This document shows positions 48,384-58,370 of a stretch of DNA of 64,000 bases, in pieces (the stretch's first letter is position 1; each line of letters opens with the position of its first letter). The DNA is taken from assembly GCA_963707655.1 (NCBI GenBank), contig OY970172.1, forward strand, positions 992,001 to 1,056,000, written 5' to 3'. The translations under genes and the position numbers were made by a program. The stretch comes from an uncultured bacterium (GTDB taxonomy: Bacteria > Babelota > Babeliae > Babelales > Vermiphilaceae). The notes beneath the pieces are model-generated. The model saw only the letters and a list, made by a program, of their open reading frames with translations, was not told where the DNA came from and made no database searches.

Positions 48384-49745
48384 TTAAAAATAGAAGTAAA
48401 TCCCCAATTCAAAGCGGACAACGTTTTTTGGTGAGGTATTAACAACTGTTCCTTGATTGGTCAGTGTTCCCCATGCTGCGCGTGTGTATTCAATTTCAGT
48501 GCCAATTACTACCGGGTCAATGTTATAGCGCAGTCGCGGGGATACGCGTAGCACAGTATCAACATTTGCGGCGAAGTCGTAAACAAGGCTCGTGGTAACA
48601 CCATCAACGGTGATTGAAGGGATGATGTTTTTTGTGGTTCCCAGATTTTTTAGCACGCCGCAAAATAAGCCCGGCTCAAGAATGCCATCTCTTTTTGTGT
48701 CGATATAGAAAGAAATAGTATTAAAATTTGTGTATGTACGGTGGTCAGTGACCGGATTGATAGATGATACGGCATAGCCACCGGTTAAATCATAATCAAC
48801 CCCATTTTGTGCCCATACTCCTTTAAGTAAGAGGTAATAGCGCTCCCACTCAAATTTGAGGTGAGCGAACGCCGCGCCACTATAAAGGTGCTCATTTGCT
48901 TTCACGTTATTGTCCGTCATTAAACGCGGCACTATGCGTTTGACATCGAGCCCCAGCCCTAGGCTGACAAGTTCATTAGCCTGAATGCGTGCTTGTGCAT
49001 GGAGATTGGGCAATATGCCGTTACGAATGTATTGGGTAATAAAATTATAGGGACCGTTAGATTGCCAATTTAATTCTGATGTTGCCGCAAAAATAAGATC
49101 GGCTTTTGATGCATGATAGGTAAAACGCACTTGCGGACTAAATGCGAACGGTACAATTGGCATCCCCACATTGTAGCATACGGTATCGGGTACATCATGC
49201 GCAATGGGGTGCGTTGTTTGACCTGCCAACAATGCAAAGTCCGGCCACTCAAGTTGTAAATAGGCATGATCCATAGTAAGCATATTTATACTAAGGTTTG
49301 GGGTTTCATTACCAAAACTCAAGACCGTCTGGCCCCAAAAACTTGCTTCTATCGCACCTGATGTTTTCATACAATTAAGCTCAGGACCCATAAAATCAAA
49401 TCTTATCATTGTCTCAATTGGCATAATGTTATAAGCGCCGTGCGCTTCTGTGTCTTGGCCAAAAACATCATAGGCAGGTTCTGCGGGTAAGAGCAGGATA
49501 TTTCCTTCTTGCAAGGATACTATTTGCCTTGTTTGCCAAAAAACATCATTTTTTACATAACCCGACATGATCATATCAATAGGGGCCGTGTGCTGACGAA
49601 AAAATGATCGGTAGAGTTTGCTGTTTTCAGGGACGTCATTCATTGCTTTTGAGTCTGAAAGCCTGACTTGTGCATATGCGCATTGAGTTATTGAGAAACA
49701 TGTTATTGCAAGCGTTACTATTTTTTTTATCATTGCGTGCTTCAT
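48384..49745 (-). CDS. Outer-membrane porin-like protein
   Basis: Signal peptide, GYVKND, LLAGQT, PQVRF, terminal FYF. Confidence 0.75.
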   Translation of the reverse strand: MKHAMIKKIVTLAITCFSITQCAYAQVRLSDSKAMNDVPENSKLYRSFFRQHTAPIDMIMSGYVKNDVFWQTRQIVSLQEGNILLLPAEPAYDVFGQDTEAHGAYNIMPIETMIRFDFMGPELNCMKTSGAIEASFWGQTVLSFGNETPNLSINMLTMDHAYLQLEWPDFALLAGQTTHPIAHDVPDTVCYNVGMPIVPFAFSPQVRFTYHASKADLIFAATSELNWQSNGPYNFITQYIRNGILPNLHAQARIQANELVSLGLGLDVKRIVPRLMTDNNVKANEHLYSGAAFAHLKFEWERYYLLLKGVWAQNGVDYDLTGGYAVSSINPVTDHRTYTNFNTISFYIDTKRDGILEPGLFCGVLKNLGTTKNIIPSITVDGVTTSLVYDFAANVDTVLRVSPRLRYNIDPVVIGTEIEYTRAAWGTLTNQGTVVNTSPKNVVRFELGIYFYF

Positions 49746-50031
49746 AAGTGCCTTTTTAGTGGGTATGATATCCGAAAATTATCTCCCCGTTTTAACATAT
49801 TTTTTCTTTTTTTTAAAGAACTTCTTTAGTTCTACGGCAGAGCTGCTAAGCATTCCAATTTTTCGTGTAGAACCGACATTCGGAATACACTAGTATCCGA
49901 ACTGCACTGATTGATTTGATTAAAAGGCCTTTGCGGCTGCGCACAGTGGCGCCGATTTATTTTAAATATCGATTTCGCCTGATGAATTCATGTATCGGCC
50001 CCCTCAGTGCGTTCTGAATGCGTTAAAAATA

Positions 50032-50724
50032 TCACTCGTCTACGCTCTTAGCGGGTTTAAAAAATGGTGGGGGAGTTTGAGGTCGTGCAGGTAAAGATTC
50101 GTATCGTGAAAAATTTATCGAGCGCAATGGCGAACAGTTGTTATGAACTCGAGTCAATATTTTATGAGCAAGTAACGCGCTTTCATGCACGTAAATAGCC
50201 GCTTCTATTGCTGGGGGCATCTGTTTGTGTTGCTCGAGGCAGTACTTTAGTGACATTAAAGGAATCTCGTTTTGATATGCCAATTCGCATTGCATAAGAT
50301 TTTTTATGTGACGACATCCAGTGAGTTTTTTTAGGCGAAGATAAAATAAAGCAAAAGCAGCTTTTTTAAACTCTTCTTGAAAGTGATCTGCCAATGAAAT
50401 TGGTCCGATAATTACAGTTTCACTGAAGTAATTCTGAATTGCTGCGATGATCTTGGATGGTGCAACGTGTCCTTTATTAAACTTTCTTGTGAATTTTTTT
50501 TGTGATATTAATTTTCGTTTTACATCGAAAATAAAATTATGATTTTCTTTATTAGCGAGCAATAAGTTAGCCAGAGGTTCAGCGAAATCTTGATAAGCAG
50601 TTTCAGGTAAATGTGTTGCAGCAAATCGATCGGGCCATGACTCCTCAGCTGCCTGTATCGCGCCAAAATAAGCAAAACATGCCATATACATAACAGATTT
50701 TATGTGCATACAATGTACTCCCAA
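50032..50724 (-). CDS. Hypothetical secreted protein
   Basis: Signal-like segment, 230 aa. Confidence 0.6.
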   Translation of the reverse strand: MGVHCMHIKSVMYMACFAYFGAIQAAEESWPDRFAATHLPETAYQDFAEPLANLLLANKENHNFIFDVKRKLISQKKFTRKFNKGHVAPSKIIAAIQNYFSETVIIGPISLADHFQEEFKKAAFALFYLRLKKLTGCRHIKNLMQCELAYQNEIPLMSLKYCLEQHKQMPPAIEAAIYVHESALLAHKILTRVHNNCSPLRSINFSRYESLPARPQTPPPFFKPAKSVDE

Positions 50725-51066
50725 GGTTTAAAATTTCGTTTGAGATTACCCACGGATTAAAAAATTAGCAACTTTATTGTGAGCGCTAAATGCGGGCAAT
50801 CCCTTTTTCCCCACTCAAAAAAAACGTTTTTAAAATTATTGATTTTTATTACAAATAAGTATTATTATTGTAGATGAGAGTAAGGTGTAAGATTTGTTTT
50901 CGGTTTGCTGAAGATTGATAACTGAGTTTGTGCACCTTTTTCTCGTAAAGAATTTGATTTAAAAGTTGAGTATAAAGATGCGTATTTTCCCTTGGACTTA
51001 AGGTTTTTTGGTTAAAAGTATGCATCTTTTGCTCTTAAGTGATTGATTAAAAAAAGGAAGTAGTTA

Positions 51067-51246
51067 ATGAAGAAATCTATAAAACATGGATTGCCAAAAA
51101 CTCTCCGTGATGAATGGCGCCGTTTGTATGATCACTCAAATCACCATAATATAAGCCGTGGTGCTGAAAATCGCGCTACGAGCAGACATTCTTCTCACGG
51201 TGAAGAGTGGCGCGCCCAAGAAAATAAGCATAGAAAAGCAAAATAA
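51067..51246 (+). CDS. Small basic hypothetical protein (59 aa, below track cutoff)
   Basis: MKKSIKHGLPKTLRDEW...KHRKAK* preceded by AAGGAAG. Confidence 0.4.
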   Translation: MKKSIKHGLPKTLRDEWRRLYDHSNHHNISRGAENRATSRHSSHGEEWRAQENKHRKAK

Positions 51247-51342
51247 TTTTTTATAAATTATGATATGAAGTTTTGATTGTGCAAAGATACTTCGCAATGA
51301 TCTCTCTTGGAGGCTTACAAGGTAATTCCTTTTTTTAATGCT

Positions 51343-52398
51343 TCATAACCAATATAATTTTCTAATCTTTACTTCAATTTTTTCTGCTGCATCTTTTTCT
51401 TTTGTTTTTACTAATTCAATAATAGCGAGCAATTTATCTGTTGTTTTACCAAATGTCCCGTAAGAGAGCACGGAGAATATTTTTGGCTCGAATTTTGTGT
51501 CGAGAATTGAATCTACATCTTTAGGCAAGCTACTAAAGTTTTTTCCATACAAGGGAAAAAAGATTTTATCCCATGCAGTTTTCCACTGCATTGTTTTTTT
51601 AAATTCTTTTAAAATTGGTTCCAAATCTTTTTTTTGCTCATTTTTTTTAAAATCAAAAATCTGTTGCCACCCGGAAGACAAGAGCCATGGATTTATTTTT
51701 TTGTTGCCGGTCCAAATAGTAAAAAGATCGGTCAAATAGAGAACAGGTTCTTTTTTTTGATTTACAGACTGCTCATAAAAAAGATGTTCGGCAAATTTTT
51801 TATATTCTTTGATTAACACTAATTCAGTAACATCATTTATCAGATAGCCACGTTCTTTGATAAATTTTTGTAAACTGACAAATCCATCGCTTATTCCCGT
51901 TCGTTTGTCAATGCGGCTAAATAATTCTGCATATAATTTCTTTTTGTTTTCCTGTTTTTCAAAGGCAAGTTGATTGTTCTTGAAATCCCACAATTGATTA
52001 AGATCAAGTTTTCCTTCTTCGCTGCCAATGTATATTTTGATGGTGCCATCAACACTGTCAATATTCTTTTTTAAATCAAATGTCTGCCATGTGTTCAAAC
52101 GCGGCAATAATTTTGCCAAAAATTGTCTATCCTTATCATCAGGATTAGGCTTTTTTTGCTGGGGATCAGCTTCTTTTTGTTTTTTCTCCGTAGCAAAGTC
52201 TGCCAGTTGTGCCATGCCCACTTGCACGCCGCCGAGCGCCAAAAGGCGGGACCGCATGGTGCTTTCAGCCTGCAGCGTCGCCGGATAATAGATTTGAACA
52301 CGAGTAACAATAAAAGTAATCAAAACCGTCAGAAGAGCGATCATTACCAGAGTAAACACCATGATATAACCGGATGATGTATGATTTTTGTTATGCAT
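51343..52398 (-). CDS. gspK: Type II secretion minor pseudopilin K-like
   Basis: GYIMVFTLVMIAL N-terminus, EEGKLDLN, KINP; last gene of the gsp cluster. Confidence 0.75.
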   Translation of the reverse strand: MHNKNHTSSGYIMVFTLVMIALLTVLITFIVTRVQIYYPATLQAESTMRSRLLALGGVQVGMAQLADFATEKKQKEADPQQKKPNPDDKDRQFLAKLLPRLNTWQTFDLKKNIDSVDGTIKIYIGSEEGKLDLNQLWDFKNNQLAFEKQENKKKLYAELFSRIDKRTGISDGFVSLQKFIKERGYLINDVTELVLIKEYKKFAEHLFYEQSVNQKKEPVLYLTDLFTIWTGNKKINPWLLSSGWQQIFDFKKNEQKKDLEPILKEFKKTMQWKTAWDKIFFPLYGKNFSSLPKDVDSILDTKFEPKIFSVLSYGTFGKTTDKLLAIIELVKTKEKDAAEKIEVKIRKLYWL

Positions 52399-52403
52399 GT
52401 GAG

Positions 52404-53834
52404 CTACCTCGACGTTGGTGATGATGGTGTTGTCGCTTGATTCCATGTTTTTGGCTGTAATGAAGCGGGAACTTGCAACCCGGCAGAATCGAACATGGAT
52501 CCCGTGCTTCCTGGCGATTGGGGTGGCTTTTGCTGTTTCACTTGTGCGTTTGGCATCGGTGTTTTAGCAGCTTCTGGCTGCTCTTCTTTAACCTGCGGTA
52601 CACTCATCATGAAATCAGGCAAAATGGGGATTGTAAAATTAAAAGTTTCTGTACGTTTCATTCCGGCATCAGCAAAAGTTACTTTTATTTCCACTGAGTG
52701 GGGAACCGGTCGCTCTTGTTCCTGTTCTTTTTGTGTATTTTTTTCTTTCTTTTCAACGTCCCAATCACTATTTTTCACTACTTCAAAATCTTTTTTATTC
52801 TTGTTCTCATTCTCTTTTTTTAATGTCACAAAGGTGCAAGCAAACTCCACAATTCCGCTCACCAGTTCATACTCGCGAATAGTGCCGCCTTCATTAAATG
52901 CTTCAAAAGAAAGATCTGAAGATTCTTGCCACCACAACGTATATGTCGGCATTTTATTGCGCAGACTTTTTTCTTCTTTCAAGCGATACACAACACGCGC
53001 AAGAGCAGGTGCAGGGGTAGCGCCGGTCAACCATGCCGCGGTAGGCAGTGGATTGTTGGTAATGCAGGTCAAGAGACCGGACTGTTTTTCTTTTGTTGTG
53101 GCATAAAAAATTTTTTCAATTTTCGGCGCTTTTTTCTGCTCTTTTTCGCTTTGTTGTGGTACGCGTGTATCTGTTTTTTTCTCCTGTTTTTTTTCTGGAT
53201 TCAATTGTTCAAGAGCAGTAAATGGTATGCAGACTCCGGAAAGATCACGTTCAAGCTGGCGTTGCAAAAGCATTGCCTTCAGTTGAAGATCTGTGACTGC
53301 ATCAATTGATCTGGTTGTTCTGTTTGTTTGTTGAACAATGGCAAATAAAAATGAAGCAAGAAATGCCGCGATCGCTGTTGCTATCAAAAATTCAATTAAA
53401 GAAAAACCGCTCCGTACGTGCATATTATTTTTTCTCCCCATCTTTTTTTCTTCAGGCGGATTAAAAACAACTGTTACCAGCTGCTCATTTTTTTTCTTGC
53501 GTCGTTCTTGCCATGAAAAATTAACACGCGTGAGCATTATATGAGGAATATCTTTGAGTGAAGAAGAATCAGAAACAGCGGATGCTGTATAATCAATGCG
53601 CAGATTAGGGTCAGTGAGTTGCATACTTGTGTCTTCTGCTTGGAAAGGCACGAGTTTTTGCAATAAAAATGCATAGGCAGCTGAAAAGCGAGCATATACT
53701 CCCGATGCGTTTTTCACCGAATAACTGCTCTGGCTTTGCAAGATGAGCAGGGGAGCGATTGCCATAGAGATAATGGCGATAGCAAACAAAACTTCAATCA
53801 TGGTGAATCCGGATCTATTTCTGAAATGCATCAT
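52404..53834 (-). CDS. Pseudopilin GspI-like and GspJ-like in a single frame
   Basis: Two prepilin motifs: RSGFTMIEVL and RSGFSLIEFL. Confidence 0.75.
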   Translation of the reverse strand: MMHFRNRSGFTMIEVLFAIAIISMAIAPLLILQSQSSYSVKNASGVYARFSAAYAFLLQKLVPFQAEDTSMQLTDPNLRIDYTASAVSDSSSLKDIPHIMLTRVNFSWQERRKKKNEQLVTVVFNPPEEKKMGRKNNMHVRSGFSLIEFLIATAIAAFLASFLFAIVQQTNRTTRSIDAVTDLQLKAMLLQRQLERDLSGVCIPFTALEQLNPEKKQEKKTDTRVPQQSEKEQKKAPKIEKIFYATTKEKQSGLLTCITNNPLPTAAWLTGATPAPALARVVYRLKEEKSLRNKMPTYTLWWQESSDLSFEAFNEGGTIREYELVSGIVEFACTFVTLKKENENKNKKDFEVVKNSDWDVEKKEKNTQKEQEQERPVPHSVEIKVTFADAGMKRTETFNFTIPILPDFMMSVPQVKEEQPEAAKTPMPNAQVKQQKPPQSPGSTGSMFDSAGLQVPASLQPKTWNQATTPSSPTSR

Positions 53835-54372
53835 ATTCTTTGAATCGAGCAGTAAAAGGGTTAAGAACCAAACTAATCTGACGCGCTCTGCCGGTGCCAA
53901 CCTTGTCTTTGACGTCATTCATATTGATAGTCACGTGTTGCGTAAGGCCATTAGGCATAATATAAAAATAGGCAGTCTCCAATTTTCCTTTGCTTGCCTC
54001 ATCATACCCCTCAATAATAAAATTTTTTATCTGGAGGTTCTTAGGGATTGCAATGCTCGTATTCAAATATGCTCTCTTGACCGGCTGCAAAATTATTTTA
54101 CCAGAACTATCACGCTGGCCGGAATCAATCTGTACATGCACCAGGTGATTTTTGTCATCAAACAAAATAGACTGAATTTTTCCTGTTTCTTGGGCATTGC
54201 GCCACGCAAAGCTGGTGAGCCTGTCTAACTGCACCAAAAATTTTTTACGATCAGCGCCGGGAAATAGGGCTCTATAACTTGGAAAGCCGATGGTTGCCAT
54301 GAGCCCAATAAGAGCTATGACAACCATCAACTCTATGAGCGAAAATCCCGACTTATTCAAGGTTCCAGGCAT
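53815..54372 (-). CDS. gspH: Pseudopilin GspH-like
   Basis: KSGFSLIELMVVIAL prepilin motif; follows gspG. Confidence 0.7.
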   Translation of the reverse strand: MPGTLNKSGFSLIELMVVIALIGLMATIGFPSYRALFPGADRKKFLVQLDRLTSFAWRNAQETGKIQSILFDDKNHLVHVQIDSGQRDSSGKIILQPVKRAYLNTSIAIPKNLQIKNFIIEGYDEASKGKLETAYFYIMPNGLTQHVTINMNDVKDKVGTGRARQISLVLNPFTARFKEYDAFQK

Positions 54373-54793
54373 CCAGGTACTCATTTCTTTTTGCCTTCTT
54401 GCCTTTTGGCCCGAAAGAATACAATTCAAATGGATGTTCTTCTTCATCGGGAGTTAACTGATAATGATATTTATTTTTCCATGGATCTTTAGGGATAGCT
54501 TTTTTCCCGCCAAAATAACCGCCATGGCGCCATTTCCCGGCTAATTTTTCGTTTGAAGGTGATTGTACTAAATCATTCAATGTTTCAGGGTATTCACCAA
54601 GCTCCAGATCATAATTTTCTATTGCATTCTTTAAAACACGCAATTCTCCTTCTGCCTTGGCTTTTTTCCCCGCTTCGCGACCACCGCCGACAGAAAGAGC
54701 TATGATACCACCAATGATCCCGATAATAAGGATAACCACCATTATTTCAATCAGAGAAAATCCTTGCTGCGCATGGCGAGCAGATAATTTCAT
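54353..54793 (-). CDS. gspG: Type II secretion major pseudopilin
   Basis: QGFSLIEIMVV, YP..L..L, KDPW..Y.Y, LYSFGP. Confidence 0.92.
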   Translation of the reverse strand: MKLSARHAQQGFSLIEIMVVILIIGIIGGIIALSVGGGREAGKKAKAEGELRVLKNAIENYDLELGEYPETLNDLVQSPSNEKLAGKWRHGGYFGGKKAIPKDPWKNKYHYQLTPDEEEHPFELYSFGPKGKKAKRNEYLDAWNLE

Positions 54794-54803
54794 AATTAAA
54801 CTC

Positions 54804-56018
54804 CTATATTGTTATAGTTTGCATCAACTGTGTCATTGGCAATACAATTGACAAAATAATAAAGCCAACAATTATACTCATAAAAATTAATAAAACAGGT
54901 CCTATCAAGCCGGTAAGTCTGTCGGCCCATTCAGCCAAATCCTCCTCATAGTTTTGTGCTACCGTCAGCAGCATTTTATCTAACTGTCCTGATTGTTCTC
55001 CCGTATTGATCAAATAAATGGCAATAGGAGGAAATATATCAGTCTGCTTAAGATATTGTGAAATTTTACCTTGTTTAATAATTTTATCGCGCGCATCACT
55101 CAATGCTTGTGCCAAAACGCGATTGTCTATAATTTTAACCACAATATCAAGTGATTCGGCTAAATTTACTCCGCCTTCAAGCAGCAATCCGAGTGTGTAA
55201 CAAAACTGCACTATCGCATTCATGCGTACAAAATAACTTAAAATTGGTATGCGGAGCTTGATGACATCAAGAAGATAAGCGCCGCGCTTGGTTGATCGCC
55301 AATACAGAAAAGCAGATATAAGAACTATTATTACTGGCGCAACGATCCATATATAAGAAGTAAAGAGCGCAGAGATGGCCATTAACATTCTGGTTGGCAG
55401 TGGAAGTGGTTTATCGCTCATTTCTTTAATAGAGGCGGTCATCCCCGGCACTACCCAATAGAGCAAAGCCCCCACAATGAGTACAGAAAAACCAAGCTGC
55501 ATTACCGGATAGGTGAGCGCCCCGGTTATTCGTTTTCTCAATTCTTCGCGCCGCTCCAAATAAGAGGTTAAGCGTTCAAGAATCAGTTCTAATTTGCCGC
55601 TTGCTTCACCTGCACGCACCAACTGCACATAAATTTGATCAAACGATTTTGGATACTGCTTAAGCGCATCAGCAAGTGATGTACCTTGTTTTACTTCGTC
55701 TTTGATGCTCACCAGCATTGATCGGGCGCTGCCGGTGAACTGTTCTACCAATAATTCCAGTGATTGCAATAAAGGAACTCCTGCCTTGAGTAAGACAGCA
55801 AGTTGACTTGTAAAAAGAATTTTTTCTTTTACTGAAATAGTACGAACAAACAGCGAACGCCACCAGGAAGAACCATGTTCTTGTGCCGGCACTATGGAAA
55901 TGGGGTATATACCTTGCTGCATGAGTTTTTCTCTCACGCCAACAGACGACGCCGCATCAAGATATCCGCTTACTTTTTTACCGTCCTTGGAAAATGCCTG
56001 GTAAAAATATAACGCCAT
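54804..56018 (-). CDS. gspF: Type II secretion inner-membrane platform protein
   Basis: LLKAGVPLLQSL, AGEASGKL, ALTYP, GEQSGQLD. Confidence 0.93.
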   Translation of the reverse strand: MALYFYQAFSKDGKKVSGYLDAASSVGVREKLMQQGIYPISIVPAQEHGSSWWRSLFVRTISVKEKILFTSQLAVLLKAGVPLLQSLELLVEQFTGSARSMLVSIKDEVKQGTSLADALKQYPKSFDQIYVQLVRAGEASGKLELILERLTSYLERREELRKRITGALTYPVMQLGFSVLIVGALLYWVVPGMTASIKEMSDKPLPLPTRMLMAISALFTSYIWIVAPVIIVLISAFLYWRSTKRGAYLLDVIKLRIPILSYFVRMNAIVQFCYTLGLLLEGGVNLAESLDIVVKIIDNRVLAQALSDARDKIIKQGKISQYLKQTDIFPPIAIYLINTGEQSGQLDKMLLTVAQNYEEDLAEWADRLTGLIGPVLLIFMSIIVGFIILSIVLPMTQLMQTITI

Positions 56019-56132
56019 TTACAATCCTTTACGATACTTTTATTCTTGATATACCATGTATTGAATAAAGCGGTTTGCTCATGTTAGCTTTCAACAACAA
56101 GTCAAATATCACCTTATCAAAAGGAATGCCCA

Positions 56133-57119
56133 ATGCAAGAAATAGTTTCCCTCATTTTATTTTTAACCCTCTTCATTCCTCTTTATAGCGATGCAGCGCC
56201 GGCCACGACAAAAGCAGCACCAATTATAAAAAAAGGCCAAAAAACATCTGATAATCTCATGGGGCTTCATATGCCCATTATATTCACCAATAACGGGATT
56301 CAAAATTTTTTTAAACAAACATATAGCCATCCGCGCTACGCGCAAGAGATTCTCGCGCATGATTTTTCACATATGCTGCAATTCTTACACTATGGCAAGA
56401 AAATGGGCCAAAAGCGGGCTTATGCAAAATCGGTGCTTAGACTTTTTACCAATAAATTAAAATCTACTCCATTCTTAAATGGCTATGCTTTTCTTCAGAT
56501 GCTTCAGCAGCTACCGCCATTATTGGGGGATTATTTTATTGTTTTTAAACTAGACGATCTTGACCCGGCAAAATCAGCAATAAATGATTTGCTTCATTCA
56601 ACATTCATTAATCAGTTTGATTCATTTAAAGAAGATCCAAAAATATTTTTCAATTCTTTATCCGCGCAAATTGTTGAATCACTTAACTCACGCTATCAGT
56701 TCATTGAAGATGTATCGGCGGATGAATTGCGCAAATCATTAATTCTTTTGATTGAGATCGGGCTGAGTAAATTAGTTTGGGCCCCACAAGAAGAAGTAGA
56801 GACATGGGAGCTCTGCAAAAAAATTGGCAATGAAGTGGCGACATTGATTGATTTAAATATAGTCGCCGATCCTGATGATCTTAACGATCTGTATATATCC
56901 TTGATAGAGCGCTATTGTTATTTCCTTGATATTGCCAATAATGATTTATCAATAGACTTCTTTGATAAAGTTAAGCACAGCATCTTCAGCGACTCTCTGC
57001 TTATGCTTGATATGGAAGAGCAAGAAGTGGGCATAGAAACAAAAGCAGAACGGCTCATGCGCGCGCTCTCAGAGGGTGAAGCAAAAGTTCGTGCGCGAGA
57101 AATGGGTCTTTTGGTTTGA
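56133..57119 (+). CDS. Hypothetical secreted protein
   Basis: Signal peptide, 328 aa helical. Confidence 0.7.
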   Translation: MQEIVSLILFLTLFIPLYSDAAPATTKAAPIIKKGQKTSDNLMGLHMPIIFTNNGIQNFFKQTYSHPRYAQEILAHDFSHMLQFLHYGKKMGQKRAYAKSVLRLFTNKLKSTPFLNGYAFLQMLQQLPPLLGDYFIVFKLDDLDPAKSAINDLLHSTFINQFDSFKEDPKIFFNSLSAQIVESLNSRYQFIEDVSADELRKSLILLIEIGLSKLVWAPQEEVETWELCKKIGNEVATLIDLNIVADPDDLNDLYISLIERYCYFLDIANNDLSIDFFDKVKHSIFSDSLLMLDMEEQEVGIETKAERLMRALSEGEAKVRAREMGLLV

Positions 57120-57123
57120 TCTG

Positions 57124-57453
57124 TTATACGGTGATCACTATATCTTCGGGCATATATGATGCGACGATGAGTACTATCACTGCCCCCGCAGATAGTATCA
57201 TAAGCTCAGTCGTATCCGTGTGATAGTTCGCAAGATTATTTTTTTCTGCTGCGCGAATAAGCTTGTTTCTTTTTTCGTGAGAAGGTTTATTTTTCATGGC
57301 AAGCATGCATTTGTTCGCTTGTTTGGACGATCTGGTCACTTTTGGTGAGATGATTGCTTGGTTGCGAGATCTTGTTGACACCGTCGAACGTTTATGTGCG
57401 TCCATGGCCATGACCGAAGAAGCAAACAACAATAAAAATAATATTTGTTTCAT
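57124..57453 (-). CDS. Small secreted basic protein with C-terminal TM (paralog 3)
   Basis: MKQILFLLLFASSVMAMDAH. Confidence 0.65.
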   Translation of the reverse strand: MKQILFLLLFASSVMAMDAHKRSTVSTRSRNQAIISPKVTRSSKQANKCMLAMKNKPSHEKRNKLIRAAEKNNLANYHTDTTELMILSAGAVIVLIVASYMPEDIVITV

Positions 57454-57466
57454 GATTATTCCTTTA

Positions 57467-57817
57467 TCATAAAGGTACCGTTTTGTTGCAAAAATAACGG
57501 CCTGATCCATGTCGAGGGTCACATACATTATTAAGACAACAATCCCGGTAATCAGTAAATACTATTACGGCTAGCATCGTTGTCATAACTATTACATTTA
57601 CCTTGGCATAATGGCAACAACGATCCTCTCTTTCGTTTTTATCACGGTAATGAACGGCCTTTTTTGTTTTTAATCCCTCTGAAATACTCTTTTTAGGAGA
57701 TGAGCTTTGTTGTTTATTTCTTTGTTGACGAGCTTTTGTCGCTCGCAGCGGATACTTGTATGCATCCATAGCAATCGTTACAAGAGGTAGTAACAATAAA
57801 AATAATCCGCGTTTCAT
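57467..57817 (-). CDS. Small secreted basic protein with TM (paralog 2)
   Basis: MKRGLFLLLLPLVTIAMDAYKYPLRATK. Confidence 0.65.
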   Translation of the reverse strand: MKRGLFLLLLPLVTIAMDAYKYPLRATKARQQRNKQQSSSPKKSISEGLKTKKAVHYRDKNEREDRCCHYAKVNVIVMTTMLAVIVFTDYRDCCLNNVCDPRHGSGRYFCNKTVPL

Positions 57818-57828
57818 ACCAGTTCCCT

Positions 57829-58146
57829 TTATCTGTATCCCAATTCCCTTGAGAGGACTAGGGTAAGGCAAGACGCATTTCTCTGTTCTGTATGTTTTTG
57901 TCGTACAGTATTGAGTATTGTATTTTGCTGATGCCAAATCCAAATTGTTCCTACCATAAGCACCCAGCAACACGCTTCCATGTTTTTTATTCTTTTTGCT
58001 TCTTTTCTAAATTCCGTTATCTCAATAGAGCGGTTGCGTTTTTCGTTGCGTTGCTGACGCACTTTTGTTGCGCGCAATGGATAGCGGTGTGCATCCATGG
58101 CAATCATTGAAATAGGCAGTAATAATAAAAACAATACGCGTTTCAT
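57829..58146 (-). CDS. Small secreted basic protein (paralog 1)
   Basis: MKRVLFLLLLPISMIAMDAHRYPLRATK. Confidence 0.65.
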   Translation of the reverse strand: MKRVLFLLLLPISMIAMDAHRYPLRATKVRQQRNEKRNRSIEITEFRKEAKRIKNMEACCWVLMVGTIWIWHQQNTILNTVRQKHTEQRNASCLTLVLSRELGYR

Positions 58147-58370
58147 AAAACACCCTCATAATTTATACGGTTTAATTGGCTACCTCATTGCATTTGCGAG
58201 GAAAATTCCTGCTCAATCATATCTTTCGCGCTATAAAAATCAACAAGCGTCAACATGATCACACTTCCAATCATGCGAACTAAAAAAAGAAAATGAGCTT
58301 TTGACAAACAACGCTCTGCGTGGCATTAATAGGTGAACTGTTTCTTTAAATTATTAAAAAGGTTAATCAT

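Noticed and set aside
50974..51030. Long hairpin AAAGATGCGTA..TATGCATCTTT, and similar intergenic hairpins near 28640 and 49880, as ncRNAs
   Set aside because: Single copies with no recognisable RNA family features; cannot be supported without covariance searches
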